A DNA stretch of 20,000 nucleotides from Dimargaris cristalligena (taxonomy: Eukaryota). The translations under genes and the position numbers were made by a program. The notes under the pieces were generated by a model, which saw nothing but the letters and a program-made list of their open reading frames with translations, did no database searches and was not told where the DNA came from. Location of the stretch: positions 48,234-68,233 of the forward strand of contig ML002231.1 in the NCBI GenBank assembly GCA_003614675.1, written 5' to 3'. Below, one piece after another: positions 1-11,172 of the stretch (positions are counted from its first letter, which is position 1; each line of letters starts with the position of its first letter).

Positions 1-39
1 GAGGGACTAATTAGGCATCTATTCCGTCTCTTTCCCTAG

Positions 40-168
40 TCCCCAATGCCAGGTAAAGCTATAGTAGTATCATCATCCCTTATTCCCACCCCACCACAGC
101 TGGACCCTACTTTCCTGGCTTATCATACCCATCGGGGGAGGGTGACGGCATATTCCAAGGTCAAGTGA
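40..168 (+). other. Possible terminal exon of a gene entering from outside the window
   Basis: ACTAAT branch-like site (6-11), pyrimidine tract and CCCTAG acceptor (39), then an open frame to TGA at 166-168 (SPMPGKAIVV...LDPTFLAYHTHRGRVTAYSKVK*). No recognisable homology. Confidence 0.2.
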
Positions 169-386
169 CCCCTCTTCGCTACTCTTTGTGATGGAGACGT
201 TGTGGGATTGTTCCGCCGCAGCCCCTACAAACCGTCCCCGGATGGACGCCTCGATGCAACCTCAGTCTCTCTATACATTCATTCACCCATTCATTCTTTT
301 ATTGATTGCGTAAAAGTTATATGGGTAGAATAGAATCCTCTGGCTCGTGCTGGCGACAGATTAGGAGGAAGTGGCCCTATTCCAAG

Positions 387-410
387 CTAAACTAAACTAA
401 ACTAAACTAA
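387..410. repeat. (CTAAA)4.8 pentanucleotide microsatellite
   Basis: ctaaactaaactaaactaaactaa. Confidence 0.9.
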
Positions 411-1377
411 GCCCGCTGCGAACTCTCCCATACCCACAAGTCCACTTCTCGCCACCCATTTGTCGACCGAGCTTGCGTTGGCCAAGTCTGATACCAAGTC
501 TCTTCTCACAGCAACATTAATAAAATCCCCCCAAACAGGGGAGGGAGGTCTTCGGATAATAACGGGGGGTGGCGTATGAGCGTGATTCTATCCCTTGCTG
601 CTGTCGTCAGATAATGGCTTAAGCCCATTCATTACTCTCTCTTCCCCGGATTTCCTGGTTCGCATCTAGGAGGCCCCCCATGGTGCGCGCCCGGGCCCAT
701 TTCATAATCATTTTATTAACTTCAGTACTCCTTAATATAGGAGGTGTTGAAGCCCCCCCCCCCCGAGTCATAGGAACACGTTCCTGGGATAAATAATCGC
801 TCCTGCCCATTCAAAAGGGAATGGATGGCTGATGGATTTTAATCACAGAAGAAAAATGCCAACCAACCTGCATCCTAGAAATGCAAACCAGAGGCACATC
901 CATGGGTCGGGCGGGGTATAGTGTTAAGCTGGGTTAGGCAGAAGTTAACCGCGTAGTCAAATCCCATGACCATACTCCATTTGGGATTAAGTCGGTCGAA
1001 TATCAATCAGGCCAACTGATACGGATAAGACAGGTGTTATCAGGGCATCTTTGAAGCATAACATTCGACATTTATCACCATTAGCACGCCCGGTATATTC
1101 AACTGATATCATTTTGCTTAGCCAAAAGCACAATGGAAAAGTATCATTATGTCCATACCCAGAAATATAAAGACCCGGAATTAACCCTACCCCACTTATC
1201 CCATGTTTGGCATATGACCCACCACCACTACCTTACTCTGTAAAGGGTACGTAATGGCAGTGGGATATGCGACCTATTATAATCCTCCAGGACACTACTG
1301 AACCCACGTGATATTTTTTCTTCTTGGCATTAAGGAACCCATAGATTGATCTGGTCATGGGATATACACCCTAATCA

Positions 1378-1510
1378 ATATGGGCGAAATTCAAACCAGC
1401 TGTATAAGGTTTTACATAATACGCGCATGGGTGAATATATGTAAGACTAGCTTTAAACCAGTAATATTGGTCTCATCTAAAGGATTTTTCGTTATACAGC
1501 CTGAATGAAC
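1378..1510 (+). repeat. Dispersed repeat copy A (~133 bp), probable degenerate non-autonomous element
   Basis: Aligns without gaps to 16183-16315 at about 91/133 identical by manual count, including an exact 16-mer GGATTTTTCGTTATAC. Confidence 0.8.
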
Positions 1511-2178
1511 TCTCATATATACGAATAAGAGAGGGGGGGTAAAAGGTATCTCACACTTAACCACTGATTTAGACTATATTATTATATAATAATTGATTCA
1601 ATTTTAATCCCATTCTGTAGTTCGTCTAAGAGCTGCCTGTTAGAAATAGGCTAGTCACATGCACACTCCATTTACGCTTTAAAGAATAAAAAATCCCAAC
1701 AAATAGTGTCATGCCAGTTAAAAAGGGACATGCCTTTTTAAAAAATATAAGCTCATGACTAAAACGACACACACACACACTTACCTAACCCGTAATTCAT
1801 ATCCCAGCTGCCCGAAAAATAATAATCCAGGAAAGTTAATTCATTATGCAGAGCCCCCCCCCACACACACACATGCCCAGCAAAAGTAAAAGCTCTCCCT
1901 CTATACTGCGGACAAGAAGAGGAGAGTCTAGATAGGGGAGGGCACTTGTGTCCAGAAAGCTCCACCGGAGCATTCTCTCCGTTCAGAGCATAAGGTAAAA
2001 AATGCCATACATTAACCAAATCCGTGAAATCACATAGCAATATATGCTATATGACTAATGCAACACCAGCCCTTCAAATACTACCCAAATATACCATATT
2101 GGTATAAATAGGTTATACCCTATCCCTATTTCAGATTTATAAAAAACCCTTCGGTGCTGGAAATACTATTTAAAACGC

Positions 2179-2198
2179 ATATATATATATATATATAT
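2179..2198. repeat. (AT)n microsatellite; similar tracts at ~8346-8361 and ~11447-11466
   Basis: Perfect ATAT runs seen directly. Confidence 0.9.
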
Positions 2199-3393
2199 TA
2201 TTATAAGATCGGCAACAAGGGACTATGGATGGAGAAGAAATGGCTCAAATAGCAAGTAAATCAATCCCACACCTAAAAAGGGGGATCCTGGGTGGGAACG
2301 TGAATAAATGTAAGACTGATGTGAGAACAATGCCAAAACACAGCAAAAAATGGGGGGGGACAAAGAGATACAAATACAATCGAATAGAAGGATGATGTAC
2401 GAACTGGTTAGACAGTAAAAATAATAACATATAAAACTCAACAAGATAGAACAAAAAAAAAGGCTCGGGCGGATTCACGGGTGTAAATCATACACCATCC
2501 CATAAACGAGCGGACATACCATAAAAGGCTATCGTAAAAAAAAAGGCATTAAATACTGGAGTAGTCACAAAATGCCGACCAAAAGGTAACAACAGCCTCT
2601 CAGTCACGGGGTGCTCCCCAACGAAGGCGCCACCGCCCCGGGTCCCAATTCAATGACTGGCCTTATACTTGAACCGCGCCCAGGGCCTCTGGCGAAAGGG
2701 GTAAAAGAGGGCCCTCTCCACCCAGAAGCCAAGGGGCAGGGTAAATAACCCATTGGGGTCTTTGGGTTGAAGGGGAGAAAGAGGATTCCCCTAAAGGGAG
2801 CTTCACCCTTATTTCCACCCAAGACGAGACGAATTGGGAATCGGTGAATGAGTAGCGCTGGCTGGCAGTATCTGAAGGTGACATGGCCCGTGAGGAGAAG
2901 AGCAGGAGCTTGAAAGGTGGGGTAGGTGTTGGTAGGGTAATGGAGAGAGGGGAACTGGGCCAATTCATCGCATTATGGGAATAAAGGCAGGCAGTAATAA
3001 TGATAAGACATAAGACGGGCAATACTCTAATTGAGGTGGGCCAAAAACACTTGGCAGGAAGAGAGGTAGTATACACCGAAGTCGGAAAAGAATGGGAGGA
3101 TATTAATGAGGTGGGGGGAGGCTGGAATCAGCGAGAAGGCTGGAGTAAGGAATAACAAATACATGGGGGGGGTGACAAGCTGGTACTAGGGTCAAGGTCT
3201 GCCTATCCGGTGCTTCATCCAGGGAACTTGAGGAGTTCAAGGGGTACCAAGGAGGAAAAGGGATAGTAGCGAAAAGACTGATCACAAGAAGGACGAAGGT
3301 CTCATTAACCCAAAGCCCGTTGATCCCAGCAATGAGTCAAAGACTGCACAAGTGACACGGGGAGGATATAGAAGCCAATGTCCCTGACTATAT

Positions 3394-4458
3394 TTATTGG
3401 AGATTGCCGTTGCCACCGTTATGGAGCCGGCCACCGTGTTGAATTTCCAGCTCCCGGATACGGAGGTTCTGCTGCTCTACGGTCTTCTCCAGTTGGCGGA
3501 TGTAGTCCACTGACCGACGAAGAATGGAACCCTTGTTGGGTTTATTGGCACCTTCGGCGTACTGCTCGGGAAGCATGGCGGAGAGTTCTTGGATCTTTTC
3601 GTTGATGTTGTCCCGGCGGCGACGCTCGACAGCATTGTGACTCTCGCGCCGGCGGCGGCGTTTCTCGTTCATGATAGCAATCTGTTTGGCCATATCACCA
3701 CCATCTTCAGGATCGAAGATATTGTTAACCAGGGAGGAGTCGGCAGGGCCAAAGGGGAAAGGGGCCTGTGGGACGAAGCTGGAAGGGTCGAGGCTGCCGG
3801 AGAGCCAGTCGGGAGTATGGGTGGGCAGGGACATACTCTGGAAGGCGTGGACGGGTGGACTGGTGGCCAGCTGGTCAGCGCGCAGGAAGCGACCGTTCAG
3901 ATGGTTTCCCATTTGAATAGGGATACCGTGGGTGGTGCCGTGGTAACTGCCGGAAGTGAGCTCAGCATTTTCATAGATGGTGTTATCACCCAAGGGCGAG
4001 TAAAGCATGCCGCCATTGGTGGTAGCGGGGGAGGCGGCGAAGGGGGAGGAGGGGTTCAAGGAGTTCTGACGCAGGTCGTCAGCGCTGTCCGAGTCACCCA
4101 TGGAGCGCATATTCATTCCACCAGGACGAGCGATGCTGATGGGGGAGGCAAGGGCGTGAAGGTGGTCGTTCATATCGGTATCGGGCTGAGTGCCGAGGTC
4201 GGGCGAACTGTGGTCAGTCTGGAAAGGTAGCGAGGCGTTGGAAAACGCGGCGTGTACGTTTAGTAGGTTGGGGTTAATAGTGGTGTTGCTAAAGGAGTTA
4301 TTGAGGGCTTCGAGGTCGCGCTGCTGTAGCTTATGTTGGTATTGCTGCTGTTGCTGTTGTTGTTGCTGTTGTTGCTGCTGTTGCTGGTGGTGGTGGTGTT
4401 GCTGCTGCTGAGCGTGGAACGCAGCAGGATGGGTCAGCCGGAGCGAGGGTTGGTTCAT
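3394..4458 (-). CDS. bHLH-leucine-zipper transcription factor, Rtg3/MiT-TFE(USF)-like, N-terminal polyQ; ~354 aa, intronless
   Basis: The C-terminal EKRRRRRESHNAVERRRRDNINEKIQELSAMLP...KPNKGSILRRSVDYIRQLEK...IRELE is a canonical basic-HLH with H-x3-E-x3-R E-box contact residues and a short zipper. It resembles yeast Rtg3 (HNAVERRRR) and MITF/TFE3 (NINDRIKEL...NKGTILKASVDYIRKL). The first true ATG (CAT on +) is at 4456-4458 (MNQPSLRL); the ORF-track start at 4506 is not an ATG. Confidence 0.9.
   Translation of the reverse strand: MNQPSLRLTHPAAFHAQQQQHHHHQQQQQQQQQQQQQQQYQHKLQQRDLEALNNSFSNTTINPNLLNVHAAFSNASLPFQTDHSSPDLGTQPDTDMNDHLHALASPISIARPGGMNMRSMGDSDSADDLRQNSLNPSSPFAASPATTNGGMLYSPLGDNTIYENAELTSGSYHGTTHGIPIQMGNHLNGRFLRADQLATSPPVHAFQSMSLPTHTPDWLSGSLDPSSFVPQAPFPFGPADSSLVNNIFDPEDGGDMAKQIAIMNEKRRRRRESHNAVERRRRDNINEKIQELSAMLPEQYAEGANKPNKGSILRRSVDYIRQLEKTVEQQNLRIRELEIQHGGRLHNGGNGNLQ
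4342..4410 (-). repeat. Coding CAG/CAA/CAC trinucleotide tract encoding Q4-H4-Q15
   Basis: The + strand reads (tgc/tgt)n-(tgg)n-(tgc)n, which translates on - as QQQQHHHHQQQQQQQQQQQQQQQ within the bHLH CDS. Confidence 0.95.
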
Positions 4459-5613
4459 GGGAGTAGTGGAGAGGGGGTAGTAGGGAGGTGGGGACAAAGA
4501 AAACAACCAGTGGGTGTGTGTGGATACCTAGAAGGCAGCAAAGACGAGAGCTGGCAGGACTGTTACTCTGAGAAAAGCTGGGAGACAGGCAGAAAGCGAG
4601 AGGCGTTGAGGCGGTTGGGTAAGGCTTGGCAATAAACGTGGTTCGGGTTAGGAGGAGTATTACCAGCAATGGTTGAAGGGAAAAAAGGTTTCGGGGGGAA
4701 AGGGAGGAAAGGAAAAGTGACAGGTCTACGGGGGACTCGGGGTAACGAAGTGAGGTTATATATAACACCCAAAATGGAAGGGAAGGGGAGAACAATAGGA
4801 GAGGCCAGCCAAACAGAACTGGACAGTGGGCCAAGAAAGAGAGGAAAAATAAGGAGAGTGGGAGAGAGAGACAGGGGAGAAAAAAGGAGGACCAGTCACC
4901 GAGTCGAGCCGGTGGGGTGACGAATATTACAATAACAAAAGCACGGGTAAAATAAGAATACCATGTATATAGTATTATATACACACAAGAGCGCGGCAGG
5001 TGGGTAAGTAAGTAGGAGAAAATCCAGCAAGGCAGACGGAAAAGGCAGGGGTCAGTGTAGAAAGAAACAAAGTGGCGGTTATAAGAAGAGAAAAAATAAG
5101 TGGGGGGAGGGTTATTATAAGGCAAGGCAAGTCAACAAGGTACTGTTGGGGAAGAAAGAAAGAGAAAGAGTCAAGGAATGGTGGGGGCGGCTTCTTGCTG
5201 AATTATATAAGAGCCCGAGTGAAGAGGGAGAGAGGGAGGAGGACGCATACACCCTTGGACTAAGGGTATATGCGCGATGGACCCCATTCGTCGGCCAGTG
5301 GGAGGATATATGCGGTATGTGGGGGACAAGAAGAAGGCAAGGCGGGAAATCTGCCGTTTCTAAAAGAAGGGGCACTGCGCCAGTCAATCACAGCGTCCCT
5401 CTTCTCTTCTCTCCTCTCCTCCCCTCTTTTCCACCCTATCCAGCCAGCATATTATTACTCACTCATACACCCCATCTTTCTTGACCAACACAGTCCATGG
5501 ACACTACTTGCCAGCCATTCGAAACGCGAACCCTTCCCTTCCTTATACAACACACACACACGCACCCACACACATCGAGACAGTATACAGGCGAACCAAC
5601 CCGGGCTGCAAGA

Positions 5614-5812
5614 CCAATCGAAAGGCTCGTTCGTACCACTCTCCAGCCAATGGCTGCCACCGTAGAAGCGATCGATTGACCATGTCAGTAATGAAAAAAC
5701 GAATGCCCTTGTTCTGTAGTAAGCGGAAAAAAGCAGGGCATTGGGTTACGCACCATCCAACCACCCTCGTTTCGATTCAGTGTCTATATTGCCCAGCCAT
5801 TGGATGAGTCAT
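5614..5812. promoter_or_regulatory. CCAAT-box cluster plus consensus Gcn4/AP-1 site in the divergent bHLH-PER1 intergenic region
   Basis: CCAAT at 5614 and 5647, ATTGG at 5740 and 5799, the last immediately followed by ATGAGTCAT (5804-5812). Confidence 0.4.
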
Positions 5813-8800
5813 TATCCAACCATACTGGCGTCATTTCTAGATGTGTATACCTTGGTCAGTCCCCCGGGATATTGCGCCTAAGGAACAAAGTGCCCATCCC
5901 TACAACTAACTAATAGGTGGGTGTATCCCCCTCCCATTAACGAACCAAGAGCAGAGTCACTTGCGATGGATGAGTCTCTCCCTTCGAACCCGCCCTCCCT
6001 CCGTGCTGATAAGCAATTCAGTCGCGCCTCCCCAAAGGAGGAGGAGAGCTAAGGTAAAGGCAACGTGCATATACCAACAGTAAAGCCGTTTTCTTTAGAT
6101 ATACTCATTCTTATTACTCTAGAGACCAGTCCGACCTGCAGTATCCTCTTCTTTATTCACTGGTACCTTCACACCTGGGCGACGCCCTCCAGCGATTCGG
6201 CTTGTGCCCGGGTGCGGGTCAGGGGTCTGTCGGCCAGGGTAGCGTAACGTACCGGCTTCATTCCGTAACCAGCCCCCTTTCTACCTAGACGGAAGTACCC
6301 ACTTTATATACTTGTTGGGCCCTGGCCCCACCCCCACAGTCGCAATACCCGGTTAGTTGACAACGGCCATGTGGAGGCGGTCCCCTGAAAAACGCCGCAG
6401 CACGCACCCCGGCGTTCTTGCAACCCGGCCGGGGCCAGCAAGGTAATGGCGCTTACTAAATATTAAAGGGTGTTTATGTGTGGGGGGGGCGATGCCGTTG
6501 ATAGTAGATAACGGGGGCCTAACACATTAAGGGCATACAAGGGGGGGTCTTTCCCAAAGTGACACAAAAGGAATACGGCGGGTAGTCGGAGAAATGGGGG
6601 GGGGGTGTCTAATACTCCCAATGTAATCCTCCAGGCAGAAGGGCACATGTCCCTGCAAACTGAGTAGTATAACCAAATTGGACGTTGCACATCCGCTCCG
6701 TCTTTCGGTTGATCCACAGTGCAAGAAATTACAGCAAAATAAAATATCTCGGCGGGAAGGGGTTACAGTAGGCCCATTTTTCCCCCCTAGGTAGAGCGGC
6801 TGTTGGCACCAGCAGCGGGTTTCCTTAAACGACCCTCTCTGGGTAACCATTAGTCAAGGCTACTTACCCAATACTACCCGCTGAATTCCTAAACGACCGT
6901 TTTTAGGCGCCGAATGCGTCAACGTGTGTAAGTCTGGCGTTGACCTGGTGCAACCCGCCACAATCGGATGTCTAATCGCTACCCTACCGCTAAGCCACCC
7001 TCCTCTGCCTTGTCGCATACCCTGCAGTCTCGTCCCGCTGGTTCCTGCCATTCGCACTTATTAAAAACTGGCCCGGGTCCACACTGCCGTAGAAGTGCAA
7101 CGCCTAGTTCAAAAGAAAACAATAATAACATTCAAGCGTCTGACTACGCCAGGACCGAATGCTAAATACCACCACTTGCCTCGATAACTAGCCTACCTCA
7201 CTACGCGCCCAATCTTCCTTAGAGGGGGAAGACCTTGCCTATTTGGGGCAAGGAAGACCCAACGTCGCCATTGCAGCAATATACAAGCCATTCTCCAAGC
7301 TGGCCCGGTGAACGTTCTTTTCGCACCCAGCTACCTTCCCCAACCGAGTTCCCGTTTATGTCTCACGGGGGGTTTCCCGCTGGGACCTGCGTCAGTGCTT
7401 CCGGTTATCCACGGCACTGTATGGCGATGGATTGCTTCGAACCGTCTCAGTATTTCCTGTCGCTTTACGCCCATCCTTCCGCCTTGGCCCATCAGATTAT
7501 TGTAATTCGGCCCGGTCGCCATTTATCACCCACTACACAGGCCACGCTTCCCCAAATCCACCCTTGTAATCCAAGACCACAGTGGCCCACACCTTTCTAA
7601 GCATGGCCCAGCCCAACCGCCGTTGGTGCGGCACCCATATGGTATTTCAGGCCCAGTTCTGCATCAACGGCAAATCTAAACGGGATATTCCATTAATCAG
7701 CATGGATTCTGGTTCAAATGGTTTAATGGGGGATTAGGGTGTATCCTCCCACGCTTGTCGGGCCTTCTTCCTTTTATCCATTCGTTTGTATCTGGTTGCC
7801 ACGGGCCATTTATTCATTATACACTCTGGAGGCATTCGTTTAGAAATGGGCCCTGTGCGGTAAACCCCCAATTACGCAACCTGTGGTCCGATTAATTAAT
7901 AGTATGCCAGTGGGTAAGTAAGTAAGTAAATAGGTAAATGAGTGCATTCCGCCAGTAGATGCACCGTGTCCAGCCCAGGGGCCTCGGATTCTCCTGTATG
8001 TATATGTATGGTAGAAATGGTCCCGGTGGGGAAAATAGCCTGTTAAAGAACCATCTCCACGGGATGGGATGTGTCGCCTTTTCCGTAGTCACCGCGTGTC
8101 CCCCCCACAGTGATATGGTCATGTCTATTATTTGTCCCTTTTCTTACTGAAACTAGAGTCTAAAAATATCGGGTGTCCCTTGTAAATAGGCTTCCATCTT
8201 CCTCGTTATGATGCCATTGGTTGTTTGGTTAGTTATTCTGATTCTTCTATTAATTCTTTTCCAACCCCCTTCGCTCTTATCCCTTTTCGGTACTACGTGA
8301 AAAAGAGGCGGCTCGCCCAATGGTACGTTTATATATACACACACATATATATATATATATAAACCGATTTAAAATAGTAAATGAAGCATGGCCCGGCATC
8401 TGCACTGTTGGACTCTATCTACCGCCAATCTTTTTTTAGACCCACCCAACTGTATCGTCCAAATCGGGCCAGTGGGACCACCCATTTTGAACAATCGATT
8501 TTCCCAAAAATTTAAAGACGTGGCGGCAAAACACTGGCGAGACACCCCTCCGACTGCTACGGTCAAGTACAGTCGTATCCAGAGAACGAACCTTACCAAC
8601 GCTGTATGATATTAATAGACCATCCCTGTGTCAACAAGGATCCCAACAGCGTTTCATTTTTGTAATCCGGAGGCAATAAAACCTACACCATTAACCCTGA
8701 CCCTTGAATTGGCGAAACTGGCTCATTCTGACCATTTCCTTTCTGAAACCATGGATTACATGGGAAGGGGTTGTTAATAACCCACTTACATTATATATTA

Positions 8801-9564
8801 CCTTACCCTCTTATATCCCAGCCATTTATCTATGCGCCGATCCCCGCCCCTTGGTCCCTGGAGTTTTCCAGAATCGCTCTTCAACTTCATTGAGCCGTTC
8901 CGAGGTACTATTACCTTGCCTGGCTCGTGGTCCGGATGGGGTGGTGGGTTCTTTGTATGGGGGTTACTTGGCGAATTAAAATATCCCCAGGCCGGCTTGT
9001 ATATATACTTTCCCCCTTTGATAAATCACTGCTGCCTAATGAATTAACCCGCCCATCTCCATTTTCCCCTGGTCATCGGAGTTAAGAGCGGTGGGGTTTA
9101 CGTCATGCGAACGAGACTTGGGATATAGGCCGTTGGGAATAAAACTGACCAGAGTTTATTATCGAATGGGGAGATTCCCAGTTATCCGGGTTTTGCATTT
9201 TGCGTATTGGATATTGGGTATTGCGTGTACCCCGTTGTTCCGTCAGCTTTTCAGGAGACTTGCTTACTGAAGTGAATCGGCGGATTTCACCTGAAGGGGT
9301 TTCTATTTACCTTTTGTATTTTCTCGTTCTTCCTCCATTCCCTTTCTTTGCTAAGGGCAGGAACCCCCGACCCCGACTTGTGCCTCCTACCCCAGCTTCC
9401 GCTTTGCCTTGACAGTCCGCCAAACGCCGGTTCGGTCCAGTCTAATACTCCAAAAGCGGCTGGCTGAACGCCTGTAACACCCGTCAGACGTCTGTGTTCA
9501 AAATCCGCCGTCGCGGCCTTCCCCCCTCCCTCTCCCCCCCTTATATCTGCAACTCCAGCCCACC

Positions 9565-10536
9565 ATGCGCCTACCGACTCTGCCCTCCTATCGGTCCGCC
9601 CTGTTGACTCTGGGTGCTCTCATGATCGTAGCCCCCCTTGTCGGGGGGTCCAGCGGTGACCGCTCCCCGCAATTCCGAGTGTGTGTAACTACCTGCGAGA
9701 ACCTGGTCTGCCAGGACCCCGAACAGAGTCAACTGCCGCTGTCCCTCCGCCTGTTCTTCTGGACCTGCCCCCAGAACTGTTGTTATGAGTGCATGCAAAC
9801 CATCACCGAGGCCGCCCGGGAGAACCACCTGCCCATTCACCAGTACTACGGCAAGTGGCCCTTCTACCGCCTCGCCGGCATTCAGGAACCCGCCAGTGTT
9901 CTGTTCAGTATCCTCAATGGTTACGCCCATTACCGCCACTGGGATCGCGTGCGCTCCGAAGTGAAATCGGACTACTTTATGAAGCCCTGGTACCTGGCCT
10001 ACATTGCCGTAAACGTCAACACCTGGGTGTGGTCGACCGTATTCCATACCCGCGACTTCGGCTGGACCGAGAAAATGGACTACTTCTCCGCCGGCTTCTC
10101 GGTATTATTTATGCTTCTTGTGGCCCTGATCCGCGCCTTTCATCTGCGGCCCGGTCGTTCGTCCGCTCTAAAGCCGCTGGTGATGATGCACCTGGCCGCT
10201 TTTGTTGCCCATGTCGCCTATTTATCCCTCTGGAAATTCGACTACAGCTATAACATGACCGCCAATATCATTGTGGGCCTCATTAGTAATTCGGTCTGGA
10301 TTTCGTGGTCCTTCAGCAACCGCCTCATCCATCCCTTGGCTTGGCGACCCACCATCTGCGTGCTCCTGATTTCCGCGGCCACGTCCCTCGAACTGTTCGA
10401 TTTTCCGCCCCTGTGGGGGATTTTTGATGCTCATTCGCTGTGGCATGCCGCCACTATACCCATCACCTACATGTTCTACGACTTTATTATCCGCGACACC
10501 CAGTGGGACTACAAGTACATGCGGATCAAAGCCTAG
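9565..10536 (+). CDS. PER1: Per1/PGAP3 GPI-specific phospholipase A2-like remodelling protein (CREST superfamily), 323 aa, intronless
   Basis: Signal peptide, then S-x-GD and a Cys-rich luminal region (C..CE..VC, WTC..NC.YECM). Family motifs QYYGKWPFYR, GIQEPASVLFS, WSTVFHTRD, TEKMDYFSA, SLELFDFPP and DAHSLWHAATIP are all present, with multiple TM segments. Start context CACCATG. Confidence 0.96.
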   Translation: MRLPTLPSYRSALLTLGALMIVAPLVGGSSGDRSPQFRVCVTTCENLVCQDPEQSQLPLSLRLFFWTCPQNCCYECMQTITEAARENHLPIHQYYGKWPFYRLAGIQEPASVLFSILNGYAHYRHWDRVRSEVKSDYFMKPWYLAYIAVNVNTWVWSTVFHTRDFGWTEKMDYFSAGFSVLFMLLVALIRAFHLRPGRSSALKPLVMMHLAAFVAHVAYLSLWKFDYSYNMTANIIVGLISNSVWISWSFSNRLIHPLAWRPTICVLLISAATSLELFDFPPLWGIFDAHSLWHAATIPITYMFYDFIIRDTQWDYKYMRIKA

Positions 10537-10618
10537 ATGTGACGCCATCGAAGCTAATCGTGGTACCGAACCACCCGCTCCTTCTTTCTCCAGCTTCATT
10601 TTAAACCGTCCAACTCTT

Positions 10619-10641
10619 TATATATAAATATTTCTAATAAA
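10619..10641 (+). terminator. Probable 3'-end/polyadenylation signals of PER1
   Basis: A TATATATA efficiency-like element (10619-10626) is followed by AATAAA (10636-10641), ~85-105 nt after the stop codon. Confidence 0.45.
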
Positions 10642-11172
10642 TGACACTGTGAAATTCCACGGGTGTATCGTCCGAATAATACAGTAGAATCCTTTCAAAC
10701 AGGCATTATATTCCGCTTAGTTGGTTAATTTTTTTAATATTGTCCGGCTGGTTAGATTTTGATCCACAGCCGGAATGTTACCAGTACTTAGTTTTCCGCT
10801 TAATATTCGGCAGGTTTCTTTAGCGACACGTCCTGTGAATAATCATTGAAAGAACCATGCTAATAATCTAAACCCGAGTAATTGACTTGTAGTTCGTTTC
10901 CCCACACTAGCTTCCATGTTCATTGATGATTTCGTTGTGGGGGAAAGTGGGGAGGGGGAGTTTATGCACCCTAGTTTAGTCCTATGGGAAATCACTCATC
11001 CGGCCATCCTGCCATTCCCTTCCCTTCCCTGCTCTCGTTTCCTTGCATTTCCCCTTTCCTTAGTTTCCCCTTCTCTTTGTTTTGACCATTGGTGACGTTC
11101 CCGCTCATTTTTCGCCGTGTATTTCCTTTAATTCGCCAAACAGTCCGCCCGCGTCCCGACTTAAACTCCGAC

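Noticed and set aside
1718..1741. 9-bp inverted repeat TTAAAAAGG-6nt-CCTTTTTAA
   Set aside because: AT-rich and short; bacterial-type terminators are not relevant here and chance occurrence is plausible.
3589..4230. 213-aa + strand ORF, and similar shadow ORFs over PER1 and the GPI gene
   Set aside because: Antisense shadows of GC3-rich real genes.
4190..4635. Poly-Cys and poly-Leu ORFs on + (4190-4411, 4333-4635) and the 264-aa minus ORF 4331-5125
   Set aside because: Alternative-frame or antisense readings of the polyQ repeat and the low-complexity leader; no protein-like features.
9247..9298. Imperfect stem CTTTTCAGGAGA/TCACCTGAAGGG with small inner hairpin upstream of PER1
   Set aside because: Needs G-U pairs and a mismatch; no recognisable RNA family; compatible with chance.
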